From: Candidatus Latescibacterota bacterium
GTDB lineage: Bacteria > Latescibacterota > UBA2968
DNA: 64,000 bases
Direction of reading: 5' to 3'
Assembly: GCA_965222605.1 (NCBI GenBank)
Contig: OZ244960.1
Coordinates: forward strand, 576,001-640,000
The notes under the pieces were generated by a model, which was not told the DNA's origin, did not search any database, and saw only the letters and a program-made list of their open reading frames with translations. Below are positions 58,909 through 64,000 of the stretch, piece by piece. Numbering within the stretch: the first letter of the stretch is position 1; every line of letters begins with the position of its first letter. The position numbers and the translations under genes were made by a program.

Positions 58909-59533
58909 ACCTCAGAGAAGAAAGGAGAAGAAAAATATGGGCGCAACACACGTAACGGTCAGGATTACGAACCCCGCCGACCCGGACAAGTTCTGGGAGG
59001 GGCTTTTTCTGGTTGACACTGGCGCGACGGATTCCCTCGCGCCCAGGCCGCACCTGGAAGCCATCGGCCTCAAACCCGAGGGAAAACGCGTGTATGAACT
59101 GGCCGACGGCAGCGAGATCGCAGTGGATGTCGCCGTTGCCAAAATTGAGTTCATGGGCGAGTTCGTCGGCGGGACGATCATATTCGGCGAGGCCGACGCG
59201 GAGCCGTTGTTGGGCGTGACGGCACTGGAATCCGTCGGTATAGAAGTAGATCCGCTGAATCAGCAGTTGAAGAGGTTGCCAGCCGTGCGGCTCAAGGGGC
59301 TGGCGTAATCATCGTCCTCTCAAAGCGCAAACCCGCCGCACGGCAGAACAAAATCGTCCTCCTCAACGCCAGCGCGTGCGTAAGGGCCGACCAAAAAACT
59401 ATATCCCGGAAGAAGACCTGCGCCCACTCGCAGCAGCCTATCTCAAAGGCGAACCAGTCGAGGGTGAGATCGCAGTCATAACGCGGGAGCAAGCAGAGGA
59501 AGCAGACTATAACCTCAGCCCAAGCCGATGGGT
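58540..59533 (+). repeat. Imperfect direct repeat of hsdM 3' coding DNA (58540-58778 and 59299-59533)
   Basis: Hand alignment gives 13 substitutions and one 4-bp deletion in copy 2. Confidence 0.95.
58937..59308 (+). CDS. Clan AA (retropepsin-like) aspartyl protease
   Basis: [23 protein letters not shown]...VDP; AAGGAG RBS. Confidence 0.9.
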   Translation: MGATHVTVRITNPADPDKFWEGLFLVDTGATDSLAPRPHLEAIGLKPEGKRVYELADGSEIAVDVAVAKIEFMGEFVGGTIIFGEADAEPLLGVTALESVGIEVDPLNQQLKRLPAVRLKGLA

Positions 59534-59684
59534 TTTAGGAATAGAGAACAATGAAGTATCTTCAGTCAAGGAATTAATTGATCAACTCGCCACGCTATCA
59601 AAAGAGCAATTCGAGCATGATGAAAAACTATTTGCACTCTTGAAGCCACTAACTGATGGAACGCTCAATGTCGCTACTGACTGA
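59299..59684 (+). pseudogene. Second, silent hsdM 3' segment with an alternative C-terminal tail
   Basis: [14 protein letters not shown]...YNLSPSRWV followed by a different tail ([18 protein letters not shown]...NVATD) that overlaps the hsdS start. Confidence 0.85.
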
Positions 59685-60915
59685 ATGGGGCCAGTGTCGC
59701 TTAAGTGAGGTAACTATTCCGGCAACGAAATGGAATCCTCGCCTCAATCTCCGTCCTTCAATCCGTTATATCGATGTTTCGGCTGTCTCTCGGGATGAAC
59801 TCAGGATCGTCTCTGAGACAACATACTCATCAAAGGATGCCCCAAGCCGGGCTCGCAAAATCGTAAAGACTGGAGATACAATCTTCGCAACGATCCGCCC
59901 CACTCTGCGACGAATTGCACAGATACCGTCGTCTCTGGATGGTGAAATTGTCTCCACAGCCTTTTGTGTCCTTCGACCCGATCCTCAGGTGATTGACGCG
60001 GATTTTCTCTACTTCGCTACACAGCTTGAGTACGTGATAAAGGGTATTGCTGGCATGGAGTCAGGCGCAAGCTATCCGGCGGTGAGGGATGTTGACGTTC
60101 TCGATCAAGTAATTTCACTTCCTCCTTTGCTTGAGCAACGGGAAATTGCCACAGTTCTCAACACCATACGCACTGCTTTGCTTCATCAAACCAAATGTGA
60201 AGAGAACGCAACCGCTCTCAAACGCGCTACGATGCAAGAGGTATTCACTCAGGGCCTGCGGGGCGAAGCGCAGAAGGAAACCGAAATCGGTCCGGTACCG
60301 GAGAGTTGGAACTTGTCAACGCTGGGAACACTTTGCGAAAACACTAATCCTGTTGATATCCGATCCGAGGCTGACCGGGTGATTGAGTATGTAGATGTCT
60401 CCTCCATCTCCCGCGATTATATGTGCATAGAAAATACGTCCCGATTCATACTCAGAGAAGCTCCCGGTCGTGCTAGAAAACGCATTTTGACTGGCGACGT
60501 TATATTTGCGACTGTGCGACCCACGCTCCTGCGTGTTGCCGTTATCCCCGAGGAACTGGACAATCAGGTTTGCTCCACTGCGTTCTGTGTCTTGCGCCGG
60601 GACAGCAAGATGAGCATCCACAATTTCATCTACTACGTCGTGCAACGGGACCAGTTTATCCAGCAACTCGCCGAGATTGAAACTGGTGCTAGTTACCCGG
60701 CTGTAACAGATCGGATAGTCAAGGAACAGATAGTTCCGGTGCCGAGCCTAGATGAACAGTGCGAAATCGTCGCCATCCTCAACACCATTGACCGCAAGAT
60801 TGACCTGCACCGAAGGAAACGCGCAGTGCTTGACGACCTGTTCAAAGCACTGCTGCACAAGCTGATGACGGGTGAGATTCGCGTAGGTGATCTTGCCCTG
60901 ACGAATAATGAGTGA
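59656..60915 (+). CDS. hsdS: Type I R-M specificity subunit
   Basis: Two TRDs; conserved [44 protein letters not shown]. Confidence 0.95.
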   Translation: MERSMSLLTEWGQCRLSEVTIPATKWNPRLNLRPSIRYIDVSAVSRDELRIVSETTYSSKDAPSRARKIVKTGDTIFATIRPTLRRIAQIPSSLDGEIVSTAFCVLRPDPQVIDADFLYFATQLEYVIKGIAGMESGASYPAVRDVDVLDQVISLPPLLEQREIATVLNTIRTALLHQTKCEENATALKRATMQEVFTQGLRGEAQKETEIGPVPESWNLSTLGTLCENTNPVDIRSEADRVIEYVDVSSISRDYMCIENTSRFILREAPGRARKRILTGDVIFATVRPTLLRVAVIPEELDNQVCSTAFCVLRRDSKMSIHNFIYYVVQRDQFIQQLAEIETGASYPAVTDRIVKEQIVPVPSLDEQCEIVAILNTIDRKIDLHRRKRAVLDDLFKALLHKLMTGEIRVGDLALTNNE

Positions 60916-60988
60916 AAGTAGGGTATTGAACTGACCTCATCACTGATACCGCAACCGACAAAATTAGCATCCAGAAGGAAAATTCACC

Positions 60989-62743
60989 GTGAATATTGAT
61001 TCCATATACTTCAAGGGACATCTTTGCTTTCAAAAAGAGTGGGCTGGATTCGACACAATCGAGCCTATCAACGTCATTATAGGACGCAATAACTCAGGAA
61101 AATCGCACCTTTTGGATTTGGTTGAAGCATTATTTAGCAAAGACAAAATTGACAGACAAAATTGGCAATATCGATGTAGTGGCGCATTAGACGAGGAGTC
61201 ATTGAGAAGTGTACTTCCCCATTACATAGGCGATGAACAAGAAGGAATTTTCTTGACCGATGAAGATCAAAAAGATCAATGGTATAAATTTTCACGACGT
61301 TTGATTGATGTTGCGATGACCTGGGAGGTTGACGCAAATGGGGATGTATTTAATGAAGTCTTCCCCGACGATTTTGAATTAGGTCCCTTTTATAATAAAT
61401 GCCTAGCCCATGAATATGTTAGAAAGGTCCTACAGCATATAAATCATCAGTTTAACGAGCATTCATTCCGCAGACTTCTCGCAGATAGAGACATTAAAAC
61501 CGAGCCAGAAGATCTTAATCTAACACTTGAACCGGATGGAAATGGTGCTTCCAACATAGTACGGCGTTTCCTCCTTACCGCCAACGAGGAATTTCCGGGA
61601 GAGGTGATCAAACAGGAACTTCTGGATGCTCTGAATTTCATTTTTGGAAATGACGGCGAGTTTTCAGAAATCACGGTACAAGTTCATGATGATGAAAAAT
61701 CAGATGGGACAAAAGGGCATTGGGAAATCTATCTCCGTGAAGATAAAAAGGGCTTGATTTCCTTGAGCAAATCGGGAAGCGGGCTGAAGACTATTCTTCT
61801 AGTTCTGCTGAACTTATTGGTCGTGCCCAAGGCCAAGATAGAGGAGAACAGAAACAGATCTGATTTTGTATTCGCTTTCGAAGAACTCGAAAACAATCTT
61901 CATCCAGCACTTCTGCGGCGGCTTTTTCAGTATATTGAAAAATACGCTATCAATGAAAACGCACATATTTTTTTAACAACTCATTCAAGCACGGCATTGG
62001 ACTTCTTTAGTCTCTCAAATAATGCTCAAATAATCCATGTTTTACATGATGGCGAGTCGGCTCGCACGACAACAGTTTCCGCACACTTTGATCGCCTCAG
62101 AGTAGTATATGAATTGGGTGCGAAACCATCGGATTTGCTCCAGGCAAATGGCATAGTTTGGGTGGAAGGACCGTCGGACAGAATTTATCTCAATCGCTGG
62201 ATTGACCTCTACTCGAAAGGTCGTTTTCAGGAGGGTCGGGATTATCAGTGTGCATTCTACGGCGGAGCGCTTTTGGCACGGACACAATTCAAGGCTCCCG
62301 AGGAAGCAGAAGCTGATCTTGTAAATCTGCTCCGGGTTAATCCAAATATCATTGTTGTGTGTGATGGGGACCGAGTCTCCAAAGACTCTGAGATAAAAGG
62401 TAGGGTGAAGAGGATTAATACGGAGGTACAAAAAATACCTGATGCTCATATTTGGATAACCGATGCTAAGGAAATTGAAAATTATATTCCCGGTTCTGTT
62501 CTCGAGAGGGCATTAGACCGTTCAGGTCTTCGTGATCCTGAACAGTATGAGAACTTCTTTCCCCTTAAAAAAGCATGTTCCGAGTCATATATCGAAGCCA
62601 ACCTGAATCGGCGTAATGTCGATAAGGTGGATTTAGCCATGTCAAGTGTTCAGTACATGGAAAACGGCATAATGGCAAAGCGATTTGATTGGGAAGAACA
62701 GATGAAGAAAATTGTTGCTCGTATAAAATCCTGGAATTCTTGA
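60989..62743 (+). CDS. OLD-family ABC ATPase-TOPRIM nuclease
   Basis: GRNNSGKS, SGSG signature, FEELENNLHP, TTHS, WVEGPSD, DGD, EIENY; visibly more AT-rich than the flanks. Confidence 0.88.
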   Translation: MNIDSIYFKGHLCFQKEWAGFDTIEPINVIIGRNNSGKSHLLDLVEALFSKDKIDRQNWQYRCSGALDEESLRSVLPHYIGDEQEGIFLTDEDQKDQWYKFSRRLIDVAMTWEVDANGDVFNEVFPDDFELGPFYNKCLAHEYVRKVLQHINHQFNEHSFRRLLADRDIKTEPEDLNLTLEPDGNGASNIVRRFLLTANEEFPGEVIKQELLDALNFIFGNDGEFSEITVQVHDDEKSDGTKGHWEIYLREDKKGLISLSKSGSGLKTILLVLLNLLVVPKAKIEENRNRSDFVFAFEELENNLHPALLRRLFQYIEKYAINENAHIFLTTHSSTALDFFSLSNNAQIIHVLHDGESARTTTVSAHFDRLRVVYELGAKPSDLLQANGIVWVEGPSDRIYLNRWIDLYSKGRFQEGRDYQCAFYGGALLARTQFKAPEEAEADLVNLLRVNPNIIVVCDGDRVSKDSEIKGRVKRINTEVQKIPDAHIWITDAKEIENYIPGSVLERALDRSGLRDPEQYENFFPLKKACSESYIEANLNRRNVDKVDLAMSSVQYMENGIMAKRFDWEEQMKKIVARIKSWNS

Positions 62744-62835
62744 AGAGCCTGCATCGTAACCAGCGAATATGAGATATTGGAGTGCAAGAACACAACAAAA
62801 ACTCGGTAGGAAGCGGCTATACAAAGGGATCGCGA

Positions 62836-63062
62836 TTGAGGCTACCCAATGCACATCTATCGCAGGAGGTGAGAGGTGTTAAAGGAACATGAACAGATCG
62901 TATTCACTCATCCACATCCACCCGGATGAAGAAGCCCTTGTAGTGGAGTTCATGTCCCTCAATGGCGACACAGTGGCCATCGCGACGGTGTTGCTGTCAC
63001 AGGCGCGCCCTGTGACCAACGCGGACCTCACACATGCGAGAACAGTTCTGGCGGCCGTCTGA
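62836..63062 (+). pseudogene. Collapsed DUF6883-like/DUF4926-like gene pair
   Basis: TTG-RLPNAHL stub, then MLKEHEQIVFT /frameshift/ IHIHPDEEALVVEFMSLNGDTVAIATV..SQARPV, which resembles DUF4926 with an internal deletion. Confidence 0.6.
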
Positions 63063-63075
63063 TCGCTTTTGTATC

Positions 63076-63294
63076 GATTTCGGCAACAGTGTCGCAGATT
63101 TTCGACGGTGAGAAGATTTCCGAGACAGCGTTGCGGATTTTATCCAATCCGTCAATAGGAAAGATGCGACAGACAGTGTCTGTTAAATCTACTGAACACG
63201 TTGAGAGTTCATAGACGCTGTCTGCGAAAAATTGGAGTACTTAGCATTTGTTGACGAAATTCCTGCAATTGGACCGACACCGTCGGACGAATCT
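63076..63294 (+). repeat. Five spaced degenerate 13-bp palindromic cores (DUF1016/YhcG-linker-like remnant)
   Basis: Cores at 63083, 63122, 63170, 63212 and 63274, e.g. CAGACAGTGTCTG and CCGACACCGTCGG. Confidence 0.65.
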
Positions 63295-63383
63295 GTTTCC
63301 CTACCACCAGCCGCATTGCGTCTCTTGAAAGACGCAATTATGGAGGAATGAACCTGTAGTATGACCCAGATGAGGATATGGCC

Positions 63384-64000
63384 ATGACCCTTGATGAAAT
63401 CTCAACGTTGGCCCAAACCGGTGAATCCGAAACGCTGGAGTTCAAGCGCACGACGGGAACTCGGCGGGAAGCGGCCAGAACCATTTGTGCCATGCTCAAC
63501 CAGCGCGGCGGACAGGTATTGTTCGGTGTGACATCAGAAGGAAATGTGGTTGGGCAACAGGTGAGCGAACGTACCATCGAGGGGTTGAGTGCCGAACTTC
63601 AGAGAATAGATCCCCCGGCGTTTCCAACGGTTGAGCGAGTACCCACAGCGGAAGGTCGCGAGGTGCTTGTGGTTCGCGTAAGTCAAGGGACAGCGCGACC
63701 TTATGCGTACCGCGGCACCGCCTATCGTCGGGTTGGAAATACCACTGTAGCGATGTCGGCTGACGAGTACAACCAAATGCTCTTCGAGCGTATGCACAGC
63801 GAGCAGCGCTGGGAAAATCAACCCGCTACTGGATGGACGGTAGATGATCTGGATGTGGGAGAAATTCGACGCACAGTGGCAGAGGCAGTTCGACGAGGCC
63901 GACTGGAGGAGCCTCTGAGTCGGGAGCCAGCGGATCTCTTGCGCGGACTTGGACTTTTGCGTGACGGTGTGTTGTTCCGAGCAGCGGTGGTGTTGTTCGG
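63384..64000 (+). CDS. AlbA_2 (Schlafen-like) domain protein, partial (runs off the right edge)
   Basis: Hand translation: MTLDEISTLAQTGESETLEFKRTT...ICAMLNQRGGQVLFGV...AYRRVGNTT; GAGGA RBS. Confidence 0.88.
   Translation, partial: MTLDEISTLAQTGESETLEFKRTTGTRREAARTICAMLNQRGGQVLFGVTSEGNVVGQQVSERTIEGLSAELQRIDPPAFPTVERVPTAEGREVLVVRVSQGTARPYAYRGTAYRRVGNTTVAMSADEYNQMLFERMHSEQRWENQPATGWTVDDLDVGEIRRTVAEAVRRGRLEEPLSREPADLLRGLGLLRDGVLFRAAVVLF

Noticed and set aside
63076-63294. CRISPR array
   Set aside because: Repeats are too degenerate and short, spacing is irregular, and no cas genes or leader are visible.
63315-63338. 9-bp hairpin ATTGCGTCT/AGACGCAAT as a terminator
   Set aside because: No T-tract on either strand; function unsupported.

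Overview
A gene-dense bacterial chromosomal window. Gene content (PorV-like barrels, CarboxypepD_reg-type TonB-dependent receptors, GWxTD, DUF6785, many PhyH proteins and sulfatases) suggests an FCB-related candidate-phylum organism such as Latescibacterota; this is inference only. (1) Two diverged copies of one outer-membrane cassette, in the order small beta-barrel, TonB-dependent receptor, ~800-aa exported protein with a T9SS-like C-terminal domain, PorV-like barrel (1-7961 and 37533-44792). Neither has a SusD, and each lies near a DUF6785 membrane protein and catabolic enzymes. An intact IS5-family element interrupts the first copy. (2) Catabolic clusters rich in PhyH-type Fe/2OG oxygenases, none with the canonical HxD motif, plus sulfatases, oxidoreductases and beta-propeller proteins. 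(3) A defence island from ~57 kb: HTH-fused type I HsdM with a palindromic operator, a second silent hsdM 3' end overlapping hsdS, an aspartyl protease between the direct repeats, an OLD-family ATPase/nuclease and an AlbA_2 protein. Many intergenic gaps hold collapsed gene remnants (purN, FadR-like regulator, enolase-family, DUF6883/DUF4926, DUF1016-like). No rRNA, tRNA or true CRISPR array was seen. All family calls come from motif recognition by eye, not database searches.
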